Below are positions 57,490-64,000 of a DNA stretch of 64,000 nucleotides, piece after piece. The DNA is taken from assembly GCA_903919045.1 (NCBI GenBank), contig CAIXGU010000272.1:10574-74573 (forward strand), written 5' to 3'. The notes beneath the pieces are model-generated. The model made no database searches. It saw only the letters and a program-made list of their open reading frames with translations, and was not told the DNA's origin. The position numbers and the translations under genes are program-made. The number at the start of each line of letters is the position of its first letter. Position 1 is the first letter of the stretch. This stretch comes from an uncultured Eubacteriales bacterium (GTDB lineage Bacteria; Bacillota; Clostridia; Saccharofermentanales; UBA5734).

Positions 57490-58008
57490 CTATCCGTTCC
57501 CTTTCCCGTTCCCGTCGTCCGCCGGCTTGTACCGGCGCATCGCCTCGACCGCCATCCGGTCGCAGCGCTCGTTCTCGACGTGGTCCGAATGCCCCTTCAC
57601 CTTGATCCACTCGATCCGGTGGACGCCGGCGAGGCGGTCGAGCTCGGTCCACAGGTCGGCGTTGCTCACGGGGTCCCCGCCCGCGTTCCGCCACCCGTTG
57701 CGCTTCCAGCGGCCGAGCCAGTCCTCCCGGAAGGCGTTGACGAGATAGGCGCTGTCGCTGTGGAGCCGGACCGCGCAGGGGCGGGTCAGCGCGCGCAGCG
57801 CCTCGACCGCGGCCGTGAGCTCCATCCGGTTGTTCGTGGTGGAGGCGGTCCCGCCGGCCTCCGCCTTCTCGATCTCCCCGTAGCGGAGGAGGTACGCCCA
57901 GCCGCCGGGTCCGGGATTCCCGGAACAGGCGCCGTCCGTGAAGACGTCGACGGGACGGCCGCGGGGCGCCGCCGCGCCGCCGGGGATCCTGGAGCGGTCG
58001 TCCGGCAT
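57490..58008 (-). CDS. rnhA: Ribonuclease HI
   Basis: 172 aa with VFTDGACSGNPGPGGWAY, TNNRMEL and KVKGHSDHVENERCD. Confidence 0.9.
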   Translation of the reverse strand: MPDDRSRIPGGAAAPRGRPVDVFTDGACSGNPGPGGWAYLLRYGEIEKAEAGGTASTTNNRMELTAAVEALRALTRPCAVRLHSDSAYLVNAFREDWLGRWKRNGWRNAGGDPVSNADLWTELDRLAGVHRIEWIKVKGHSDHVENERCDRMAVEAMRRYKPADDGNGKGNG

Positions 58009-58015
58009 CGGCCGG

Positions 58016-58819
58016 TCAGCCCTTCCCCGCCAGTTCCTTCGCCCGCGCCGCGGAGGCGGACACCGCGGCGATCGCGGCGGCGCGGAAGCCGGCTTCCTCG
58101 AGCGCGCGGACGCCTTCGATCGTCGTGCCGCCCGGCGAGCACACCTGATCCTTCAGGGCCGCGGGGTGGAGGCCGGTCTCGAGGACCATCCTCCCGGCGC
58201 CCTCGAGCGTCGCCGCCGCCATGCGGATCGCGGCGTCCCGCGGCAGCCCGAGCCGCACGCCGGCGTCGGCGAACGCCTCGATCAGCACGAACGCGTAGGC
58301 CGGGCCGCTGCCCGACAGGCCCGTCACGGCGTCCATCTGCCCTTCGTCGACGGCGAGCGCCAGCCCGACGCCTTCGAAGAAGCGGAGGACCTCCCCGCGG
58401 ACCTGCGCATCGGCGCCGTCGAAGGCGACGGCCGTCACGGACCGTTCGACGAGCGCGCAGAGGTTGGGCATCGCGCGGGCGATCGCCGGAGCGGGTCCGG
58501 CGAGGGCGCGGAGGCGCGCGAGCGGGATTCCGGCGGCGATGGAGACCAGCGCCGTCCCCTTCCCGAGGAGCGGCGAGAGGCGCGCGAGGGCGTCCGGCAG
58601 TCCCTGCGGCTTCATGGCCAGCACGACGGAGTCCGCCCCCTGCACCGCTTCCTCGACGGTCCGGCAGGCCGTTCCGCCGTTCGCCTCGCAGAACCGGGCG
58701 GCCTTCGCCGCGTCCACGTCGAAGACGCGGACGGACGCGGCGGCCTCGGGGCGGCGCGCGAGATGCCCCTTCGCGAGGGCGGAGCCCATGTTGCCGATCC
58801 CGATGAAGGCGACGACCAT
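58016..58819 (-). CDS. proC: Pyrroline-5-carboxylate reductase
   Basis: 267 aa from Met13 of the ORF. N-terminus is MVVAFIGIGNMGSAL, with a C-terminal SPGGTT motif. Confidence 0.9.
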   Translation of the reverse strand: MVVAFIGIGNMGSALAKGHLARRPEAAASVRVFDVDAAKAARFCEANGGTACRTVEEAVQGADSVVLAMKPQGLPDALARLSPLLGKGTALVSIAAGIPLARLRALAGPAPAIARAMPNLCALVERSVTAVAFDGADAQVRGEVLRFFEGVGLALAVDEGQMDAVTGLSGSGPAYAFVLIEAFADAGVRLGLPRDAAIRMAAATLEGAGRMVLETGLHPAALKDQVCSPGGTTIEGVRALEEAGFRAAAIAAVSASAARAKELAGKG

Positions 58820-58895
58820 CCGAAGACCTCCCGCGCAGGCCCGAAAGGCCTGCATTCAGCGCGTTTCAACGCATGCAACCATAGTAGCATCGATG

Positions 58896-58925
58896 TTGAC
58901 ACCGCGCAAACGGTCGGGGTATACT
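58896..58925 (+). promoter_or_regulatory. tRNA-Trp promoter (TTGACA / 18 nt / TATACT)
   Basis: -35 TTGACA is at 58896-58901 and -10 TATACT is at 58920-58925. The tRNA 5' end lies 12 nt downstream. Confidence 0.6.
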
Positions 58926-58937
58926 TCATCTGCCCGG

Positions 58938-59012
58938 AGGGGAGTAGCTCAATGGTAGAGTAGCGGTCTCCAAAACCGTTTGCTGCGGGTTCAAGTCCTG
59001 TCTCCCCTGCCA
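58938..59012 (+). tRNA. tRNA-Trp (anticodon CCA), CCA end encoded
   Basis: A hand-folded cloverleaf fits the sequence. The acceptor stem pairs AGGGGAG with CTCCCCT, the anticodon loop is CTCCAAA and the T-loop is TTCAAGT. Length is 75 nt including the 3' CCA. Confidence 0.92.
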
Positions 59013-59020
59013 GATCCGAA

Positions 59021-59067
59021 GAAGGGGCCGTTCCGCTTTCCGCGGGACGGCCCCTTCCCTTTTCCCC
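59021..59067 (+). terminator. Rho-independent terminator after tRNA-Trp
   Basis: The stem pairs GAAGGGGCCGT(TCCGC) with (GCGGG)ACGGCCCCTTC, about 16 bp with one G-U pair. The loop is TTTCC and the tail is CCTTTTCCCCTT. Confidence 0.75.
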
Positions 59068-59101
59068 TTCCACGCCGACCCTTCCCCGCCCGTTCGAACC
59101 C

Positions 59102-59141
59102 AGGAAAGAAAGACCGTCCCGCCCTTTCGAGCGGAACGGTC
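59102..59141 (-). terminator. Rho-independent terminator after tRNA-Pro
   Basis: On the minus strand the stem pairs GACCGTTCCGC with GCGGGACGGTC (one mismatch), with an 8-nt loop. It is followed by TTTCTTTCC. Confidence 0.65.
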
Positions 59142-59218
59142 TGGTCGGAGTGACACGACTTGAACGTGCGACCTCTTGCACCCCAAGCAAGCACTCTAGC
59201 CACCTGAGCTACACCCCG
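59142..59218 (-). tRNA. tRNA-Pro (anticodon GGG), CCA end encoded
   Basis: The reverse complement folds as a cloverleaf. The acceptor stem pairs CGGGGTG with CACTCCG, the anticodon stem-loop is CTTGC-TTGGGGT-GCAAG (with G37) and the T-loop is TTCAAGT. Length is 77 nt. Confidence 0.92.
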
Positions 59219-59231
59219 ACGGGCGGGCATG

Positions 59232-59260
59232 AATTTATCATACCCGCGGAGGATTTGCAA
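59232..59260 (-). promoter_or_regulatory. tRNA-Pro promoter (TTGCAA / 17 nt / TGATAAATT extended -10)
   Basis: On the minus strand: -35 TTGCAA (59260-59255) and extended -10 TGATAAATT (59240-59232). It lies directly after the pnp stop. Confidence 0.6.
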
Positions 59261-59266
59261 ACCGGT

Positions 59267-61621
59267 CTAGAGGTCGTCCCCGTGGGTCTCGGGACGGCTG
59301 GGGCGGTCCCCCTGGGGTCGGTCGCCCTGGGGACGATCCCCGTAGGGACGCTCGTGCGGGCGGTCGCCGTGGGGACGGTCGCCGTGCGGGCGATCCCCAT
59401 GCGTACGGTCGCCGTAGGGGCGTCCGCCGCCCGGACGGTCGCCGCGCGGGCGGTCGCCGAAGGGACGTCCGCCGCCGGGGCCGTCGCGGCGCGGGGGGCG
59501 GCCCTCGTCGGGGCGCTCCACGTAGCCTTCCGGCTTCGGCAGGCAGTCGCGGTGCGACAGGTTGATGCGGCCCTGGCTGTCGATCTCGACGACCTTCACC
59601 TCGAGCGGGTCTCCGACCTGCACGAAGTCCTCGACGCGCTCGACGCGCTTCCAGTCGAGCTTCGACACGTGCACGAGGCCTTCCTTGCCCGGGAGGAACT
59701 CGACGAAGGCGCCGAACGCCATCAGGCGGGTGACCTTGCCCATGAAGACCTGGCCGACCTGCGGGTCGTTGGCGATGCCCTCGATGATCGCGATCGCGCG
59801 CTTCGACGCCTCGGCGTCCGGCGTCGCGACGAACACGCGGCCGTCCTCCTCGATGTCGATCTGCACGCCGGTGTCGGCGATGATGCGGTTGATCACCTTG
59901 CCGCCGGGGCCGATGACCTCGCGGATCTTGTCGACCGGGATCTGGATCTGGACGATCTTCGGCGCGTACTGCGACAGCTCGGCGCGCGGTGCGGGGATGC
60001 AGGGCAGGATCACCTCGTTCAGGATCTGGAGGCGGCCCTTTCGGGTCATCTCGAAGGCCTGGCGGACGATCTCGTAGGAGAGCCCGTCGACCTTGATGTC
60101 CATCTGGATCGCGGTGATGCCCTTCTCGGTGCCGGCGACCTTGAAGTCCATGTCGCCGAAGAAGTCCTCGATGCCCTGGATGTCCATGAACACCAGGAAG
60201 TCGTCCGGGTTCTCCTCGTTCACGATCAGGCCGGAGGAGATGCCCGCGACGGGCGACTTGATCGGCACGCCGGCGTCCATCAGGGCGAGGGTGCTCGCGC
60301 ACACGGAGCCCTGCGACGTGGAGCCGTTGGACATCAGGATCTCGGAGACGAGGCGGATCGCGTACGGGAACTCCTCCTCGGACGGGATCACCGGCACGAG
60401 CGAGCGCTCGGCGAGCGCGCCGTGGCCGATTTCGCGGCGTCCGGGGGAGCGCGGCGCCTTGGCTTCGCCGACGCTGTAACCCGGAAAGTTGTAGTGGTGC
60501 ATGTAGCGCTTCTCCTCGATCGAGTCGAGGCCGTCGAGGCGCTGCACGTTGGAGAGCGGGCCGAGGGTGACGGACGTCATGACCTGCGTCTGGCCGCGCT
60601 CGAAGAGGCCGGAGCCGTGCACGCGGGGCAGCAGGCCGACGGCGGCGGTCAGCGGGCGGATCTGGTCGATCGCGCGGCCGTCGACGCGGCGGTGCTCCTT
60701 GAAGAGGTACTCGCGGACGACCTTCTTCTCGAGCTTGTAGATCGCGTCGCCGACGCGGCCCGCCCAGTCGGGGTCGATCGACTTGACGTGCTCGAGCGCT
60801 TCGGCGGTGAGCTTCGCGACGTTGGCGTCGCGGACGCTCTTGTCGTCGGAAAGGACGGCCTCGCGCATGCGGCCGTAGGCGAACGCCTTCACGGCGTCGA
60901 AGAGCTCGGCGGGGACGTCCATGGACGTGTAGGCGAACTTCGGCTTGCCGATCTCGCGCACGATGCCGTCGATGAACGCCACGAGGTCCTGGATCGCCTT
61001 GTGGCCCTCGATGATCGCGTCGAGCATCGTCTTCTCGTCGACTTCCTTCGCGCCGGCCTCGATCATGACGACCTTCGACGCGGTGGCGGCGAGGGTCACG
61101 TACATGTCGCTGGCCTCGCGCTCGGCCTCGGTCGGGTTGATCACGACCTTGCCGTCGACCAGGCCCAGGATCACGCCGCCGATCGGCCCGTTCCACGGGA
61201 TGTCGGAGGTGGCGACCGCGACCGAGGTGCCGATCATCGCGGCGATCTCGGGCGAGCAGTCCTGGTCGACCGACAGGACCAGGTTCACGCAGACGACGTC
61301 GTTGCGCAGGTCCTTCGGGAACAGCGGACGGATCGGGCGGTCGATGTTGCGGGACGTGAGGACGGCGTTCTCGGACGGACGGCTCTCGCGCTTGATGAAG
61401 CCGCCGGGGATCTTGCCGACCGAGTAGAGCTTCTCTTCGTACTCGACGCTGAGGGGGAAGAAGTCGATGCCGTCGCGCGGCTTCGCGGAGGCGGTGGCGG
61501 AGGAGAGGACGACGGTGTCGCCGTAGCGCACGAGGCAGGAGCCGTTCGCGAACTGGGCGAGGCGGCCGGTCTCGATCGTGAGCGGACGGCCGGCGAGGGT
61601 GTACTCGAACTTGCGGTGCAT
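59267..61621 (-). CDS. pnp: Polyribonucleotide nucleotidyltransferase (PNPase) with repetitive C-terminal tail
   Basis: 784 aa from Met36 of ORF 59267-61726, with RBS GAAGGAGG upstream. It has two RNase PH domains, KH and S1 domains, then an 82-aa Gly/Asp/Arg/Pro-rich tail. Confidence 0.96.
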   Translation of the reverse strand: MHRKFEYTLAGRPLTIETGRLAQFANGSCLVRYGDTVVLSSATASAKPRDGIDFFPLSVEYEEKLYSVGKIPGGFIKRESRPSENAVLTSRNIDRPIRPLFPKDLRNDVVCVNLVLSVDQDCSPEIAAMIGTSVAVATSDIPWNGPIGGVILGLVDGKVVINPTEAEREASDMYVTLAATASKVVMIEAGAKEVDEKTMLDAIIEGHKAIQDLVAFIDGIVREIGKPKFAYTSMDVPAELFDAVKAFAYGRMREAVLSDDKSVRDANVAKLTAEALEHVKSIDPDWAGRVGDAIYKLEKKVVREYLFKEHRRVDGRAIDQIRPLTAAVGLLPRVHGSGLFERGQTQVMTSVTLGPLSNVQRLDGLDSIEEKRYMHHYNFPGYSVGEAKAPRSPGRREIGHGALAERSLVPVIPSEEEFPYAIRLVSEILMSNGSTSQGSVCASTLALMDAGVPIKSPVAGISSGLIVNEENPDDFLVFMDIQGIEDFFGDMDFKVAGTEKGITAIQMDIKVDGLSYEIVRQAFEMTRKGRLQILNEVILPCIPAPRAELSQYAPKIVQIQIPVDKIREVIGPGGKVINRIIADTGVQIDIEEDGRVFVATPDAEASKRAIAIIEGIANDPQVGQVFMGKVTRLMAFGAFVEFLPGKEGLVHVSKLDWKRVERVEDFVQVGDPLEVKVVEIDSQGRINLSHRDCLPKPEGYVERPDEGRPPRRDGPGGGRPFGDRPRGDRPGGGRPYGDRTHGDRPHGDRPHGDRPHERPYGDRPQGDRPQGDRPSRPETHGDDL
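59300..59461 (-). repeat. Degenerate 15-bp tandem repeat (about 11 units) encoding xGDRP pentapeptides in the pnp 3' end
   Basis: The protein reads [54 protein letters not shown]. The DNA shows 15-nt periodicity (e.g. GGGACGGTCGCCGTG variants). Confidence 0.85.
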
Positions 61622-61670
61622 GAATAGACCTCCTTCTTGAGGGTCGTTCGGAGTTCCGGACCCGGAAGGA

Positions 61671-61739
61671 AGCAGCTTGTAGATTCCGCGTCCGGACGGC
61701 CCCTCGCGTGCGGGCCGGGCGTGCAATCTACGATCTGCT
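61671..61739 (-). promoter_or_regulatory. Long imperfect hairpin in the rpsO-pnp spacer (pnp leader)
   Basis: Outer pairings are AGCAG/CTGCT and GTAGATT/AATCTAC. Inner pairings are GGCCC/GGGCC plus partial pairs. The element spans about 70 nt and ends about 50 nt upstream of the pnp ATG. Confidence 0.4.
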
Positions 61740-61775
61740 TTCCGCCGGTCGCGGAAGGCGGGATTCGGGGGACCC

Positions 61776-61808
61776 GGAAAAGGCGGCGGACGTCCGGTCC
61801 GCCGCCTT
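61776..61808 (-). terminator. Rho-independent terminator/attenuator after rpsO
   Basis: On the minus strand an 11-bp stem pairs AAGGCGGCGGA with TCCGCCGCCTT, with a 7-nt loop. A U-run (UUUU, counting stem-end Us) follows, then CC. Confidence 0.7.
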
Positions 61809-61819
61809 CCCGGCGGGTC

Positions 61820-62074
61820 TCACTTGCGGAGGTTCAGCTTCTCGATGATCGCGCGGTAGCGGTCCATGTCGATGCGCTGCAGGTAGTTCAGGAGGCCGCG
61901 GCGCTGGCCGACGAGCATCAGCATGCCGCGCTGGGAGTGGAAGTCCTTCTTGTGGTCCTTGAGGTGGTCCGTGAGGTGGTTGATCCGCTCGGTCAGGAGC
62001 GCGATCTGGACCTCGGGGGAGCCGGTGTCGCCTTCGTGCAGCGCGTACTTCTGGATCGTCTCGGACTTGTCCAT
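61820..62074 (-). CDS. rpsO: 30S ribosomal protein S15
   Basis: 84 aa from the internal Met of ORF 61820-62161. Contains [40 protein letters not shown] is AAAGGAGA. Confidence 0.95.
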   Translation of the reverse strand: MDKSETIQKYALHEGDTGSPEVQIALLTERINHLTDHLKDHKKDFHSQRGMLMLVGQRRGLLNYLQRIDMDRYRAIIEKLNLRK

Positions 62075-62164
62075 GCTTGTCCTATCTCCTTTTCTCTCTC
62101 GGACCATCGACCCCGTGGGTGGTCGGACGTTCCACGGACCGGGTCGGTGGCGTTCCAACAACGC

Positions 62165-62193
62165 AATCTATCACACGGATGCGGCTTTTGCAA
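62165..62193 (-). promoter_or_regulatory. rpsO promoter (TTGCAA / 17 nt / TGATAGATT extended -10)
   Basis: On the minus strand: -35 TTGCAA (62193-62188) and extended -10 TGATAGATT (62173-62165). This predicts a leader of about 84 nt. Confidence 0.6.
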
Positions 62194-62207
62194 ATGCGCA
62201 GGGCACG

Positions 62208-63380
62208 TCAGCCGTAGACGTGCTCCCCGCCGCGGTCGCGGACGACCACGCGGTTCCGGCCGTCCGGGGAGCGTTCGACCCGGCCGACGCGCTTCGCCTC
62301 GATCCCGTGCCGCGCGGCGGCGTCGATCACCGCGGAGGCGTCGGCGGGGTCGCAGTACGCCTCCAGGCGGTGCCCCATGTTGAAGACCTTGTACAGCTCG
62401 GCCTCCGAGATGCCGCCCGACGCGCGGATCGCCTCGAAGAGCGGCGGCCTGGGGAACAGCGCGTCCTTCACGTAAATCAGCCCCTCGCCGAAGTCGCGGC
62501 ACTTCTGCTGGCCGCCGCCCGTGCAGTGGACCAGTCCGTGCACCGCGCCGGGCAGGGCGCGCAGGACGTCGCGCACGACCGGGAGGTAGGTCCGCGTGGG
62601 CGACAGGATCGCCTCGCCGACGGACAGGTCCGATCCGGGCAGCCGGTCCTCGAGGCGGAAGCGCCCGCAGTAGGCGTCCCCGGGAGCGAGCGTCTCGGAG
62701 ACGCTCTCCGGGTACTTCTCCAGGTACTCGCGCCGCAGGAGCAGGTGCCGCGCGGCCGTGAGGCCGTTCGAGCCCATCCCCGAGTTCGCCTTGTCTTCGT
62801 AATGGGCCTTCCCGGTCGAGGAGAGGCCGACGATCGCGTCGCCCGGGCGGATGCGCGAAGCGGCAATGACATCCTGCCGTCTCATCCGCACGACGATCGT
62901 GGAATCGACGATCAGGGTCCGCACGAGGTCGCCGACGTCGGCGGTCTCCCCGCCCGTCATCTCGACGTCGATCCCGAGGTCCTGCAGGCGGGCGATCGTG
63001 CGGCGGTAGCCGTCGATCACGGCCGCGACGCAGGCGCCGTCGATGCGGTGGGAATTGCGCCCGATCGTGTTGGAGAGCCGGAAGCCGCCGACGGCGCCGA
63101 TGCAGGCGAGGTCGTCCGTGTTCATCACGACGGAGTCCTGCGCGAGGCCCGCGAACCAGGCCGGGTCTCCCGTCTCGCGATACATCAGGTAAGCGGCGGA
63201 GGACTTCGTGCCGGCGCCATCGGCGTGCACCGCCGCGCACCAGGCCGGATCCCCCGCGAGATCCTCCACCACCTTGCAGAAGGCGCCGGGGGACAGGCCC
63301 TGCGGCTGCCCCTCCACCGCTTTCTTGACGTCGTCCTTCGTCGGGGACACGCCCCGGCGCAGATAGGCCTCGTCCGTCAT
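62208..63380 (-). CDS. PurM-superfamily protein, long (about 390 aa) AIR-synthase-related type (possible non-canonical PurM)
   Basis: 390 aa with LRRGVSPTKDDV, HADGAGTKS, NTDDLACIG, TGGETADVGD and HCTGGG. RBS is GGGGAGGAAGG. Confidence 0.8.
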   Translation of the reverse strand: MTDEAYLRRGVSPTKDDVKKAVEGQPQGLSPGAFCKVVEDLAGDPAWCAAVHADGAGTKSSAAYLMYRETGDPAWFAGLAQDSVVMNTDDLACIGAVGGFRLSNTIGRNSHRIDGACVAAVIDGYRRTIARLQDLGIDVEMTGGETADVGDLVRTLIVDSTIVVRMRRQDVIAASRIRPGDAIVGLSSTGKAHYEDKANSGMGSNGLTAARHLLLRREYLEKYPESVSETLAPGDAYCGRFRLEDRLPGSDLSVGEAILSPTRTYLPVVRDVLRALPGAVHGLVHCTGGGQQKCRDFGEGLIYVKDALFPRPPLFEAIRASGGISEAELYKVFNMGHRLEAYCDPADASAVIDAAARHGIEAKRVGRVERSPDGRNRVVVRDRGGEHVYG

Positions 63381-63411
63381 CCTTCCTCCCCGCCGTCCCT
63401 TCCGGCGGAAG

Positions 63412-63770
63412 GCCGCTTTCCGAGCGGACCTGTAAGCCGGGTTCTGTCTTGGACAGCCATCTGTCTACGCCGGCCGTCACCGACCGGCTCCAGCCACCTC
63501 CCCGGGACGGGCGGGCCACCCTTGTCCCTCCGCGGTGTTGCTCCAGGTGGGGTTTGCATAGCCGACGCGTCGCCGCGCCGCTGGTGAGCTCTTGCCTCGC
63601 CTTTCCACCCTTGCCGGCCTTCCGGCCGGCGGTATCTCTCTGTTGCACTCTCCTTGAAGTCGCCTTCACCGGGAACTGCCCGGCACCTTCGCCCTATGGA
63701 GCCCGGACTTTCCTCGCGCGGGGCCTTTCGGCGCTCCGCCCGCGGCTGTCCGGTCCGCTCGGAAAGCCTA
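63412..63770 (-). ncRNA. rnpB: RNase P RNA (bacterial type A)
   Basis: The reverse complement contains GAGGAAAGTCCGGGCTCCATAGGGC, GTGCAACAGAGAG, AAGGGTGGAAAGG, CAAGAGCTCACC and GACAGAACCCGGCTTA. A 16-bp P1 helix pairs 63752-63767 with 63415-63430. The ends are good to about 5 nt. Confidence 0.93.
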
Positions 63771-64000
63771 ATCAGCATAATGCAGCCCATCGATGCGGTC
63801 AATCAGCGCCCTCCGTTCCGCGGCCGCCGCGGCGTCCTCGGGGTCCGGGGACGCCGAGAGCCCGCGCGCCTCCTTCTCGAGCCGGCGCCGCAGCGCGGCG
63901 GCGTACGCGCGGAATCCGTCGGGACGCCGGGCGAGGAGGTCGCGGCCCAGCCAGCGCTCGAGCAGGTCGAGCGGCGGAGGCGGCGGATCCCCGGGGCGCA
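63768..64000 (-). CDS. Hypothetical protein, C-terminal fragment (5' end outside window)
   Basis: Hand translation gives ...RPGDPPPPPLDLLERWLGRDLLARRPDGFRAYAAALRRRLEKEARGLSASPDPEDAAAAAERRALIDRIDGLHYAD, ending at TAG (63770-63768). GC3 is high and no family is recognised. It is not in the ORF track. Confidence 0.4.
   Translation of the reverse strand, partial: RPGDPPPPPLDLLERWLGRDLLARRPDGFRAYAAALRRRLEKEARGLSASPDPEDAAAAAERRALIDRIDGLHYAD

Noticed and set aside
56940-58008. Nudix hydrolase + RNase HI pair as a possible defence or toxin module
   Set aside because: Both are ordinary single-domain housekeeping enzymes, embedded co-directionally between ftsK and proC. They have no associated sensor, nuclease or ATPase genes and no sign of horizontal acquisition.
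58612-59260. Several 60-190-aa ORFs overlapping the tRNA-Trp / tRNA-Pro locus
   Set aside because: They span two well-folded tRNA genes and their terminators and have no coding signal.
59280-59470. Periodic 15-bp repeats considered as a CRISPR or other non-coding tandem array
   Set aside because: The repeats have no spacers, lie in frame inside the pnp coding sequence and encode xGDRP units. No CRISPR-like repeat-spacer array exists anywhere in the window.
63377-63802. 141-aa ORF (and the 558-aa ORF 61993-63669) over the region upstream of the PurM-like gene
   Set aside because: The region is an RNase P RNA gene with all type-A universal motifs and a 16-bp P1 helix. The ORFs are incidental.

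Overview
This is a very GC-rich bacterial chromosomal segment (GC not computed). Gene content and order are Firmicutes/Clostridia-type housekeeping: pyrK-pyrD, miaB-mutS-mutL-miaA-hfq, lexA, asd, nifS-nifU, glyA, thiI, purB. A long minus-strand block follows: rpsO-pnp ... ftsK ... folD-cinA-murJ-recA-recX-rimO-pgsA-acpP-rnc-smc-ftsY-ylxM-ffh-rpsP-rimM-trmD-rplS-rbgA-rnhB-yraN. I call 58 CDS (one cut by the window edge), tRNA-Trp, tRNA-Pro and a type-A RNase P RNA. I also call two Cheo-type SOS boxes (lexA, recA), several intrinsic terminators and a recurring extended -10 promoter signature. Many ORF-track entries are long Arg/Pro/Gly/Ala-rich frames antisense or out of frame to real genes, which is typical of high-GC DNA, and I rejected them. 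Starts were re-set from homology-consistent N-termini, RBS and start/stop overlaps. All coordinates and alignments were worked out by hand, with no searches run. I see no CRISPR array, transposase, phage, toxin-antitoxin or recognisable defence module, and no clear-cut novel multi-gene system. The window is essentially core genome. The most checkable leads are: (1) a sharp flip of gene-strand polarity at 12.1-12.3 kb, terminus-like, with an AT-rich 11-6-11 dyad as a candidate dif/Xer site near a long Xer-family recombinase; (2) a GntR - cysteine desulfurase - ThiI - PurM/HypE-like operon whose last protein ends in a terminal Cys; (3) a small basic membrane protein divergent from lexA, a possible SOS division-inhibitor analogue; (4) unusual extensions or variants on PNPase, Hfq, PyrE-like and M18 aminopeptidase proteins; (5) candidate RNase III/S15-type leader structures. 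All functional interpretations are inference.
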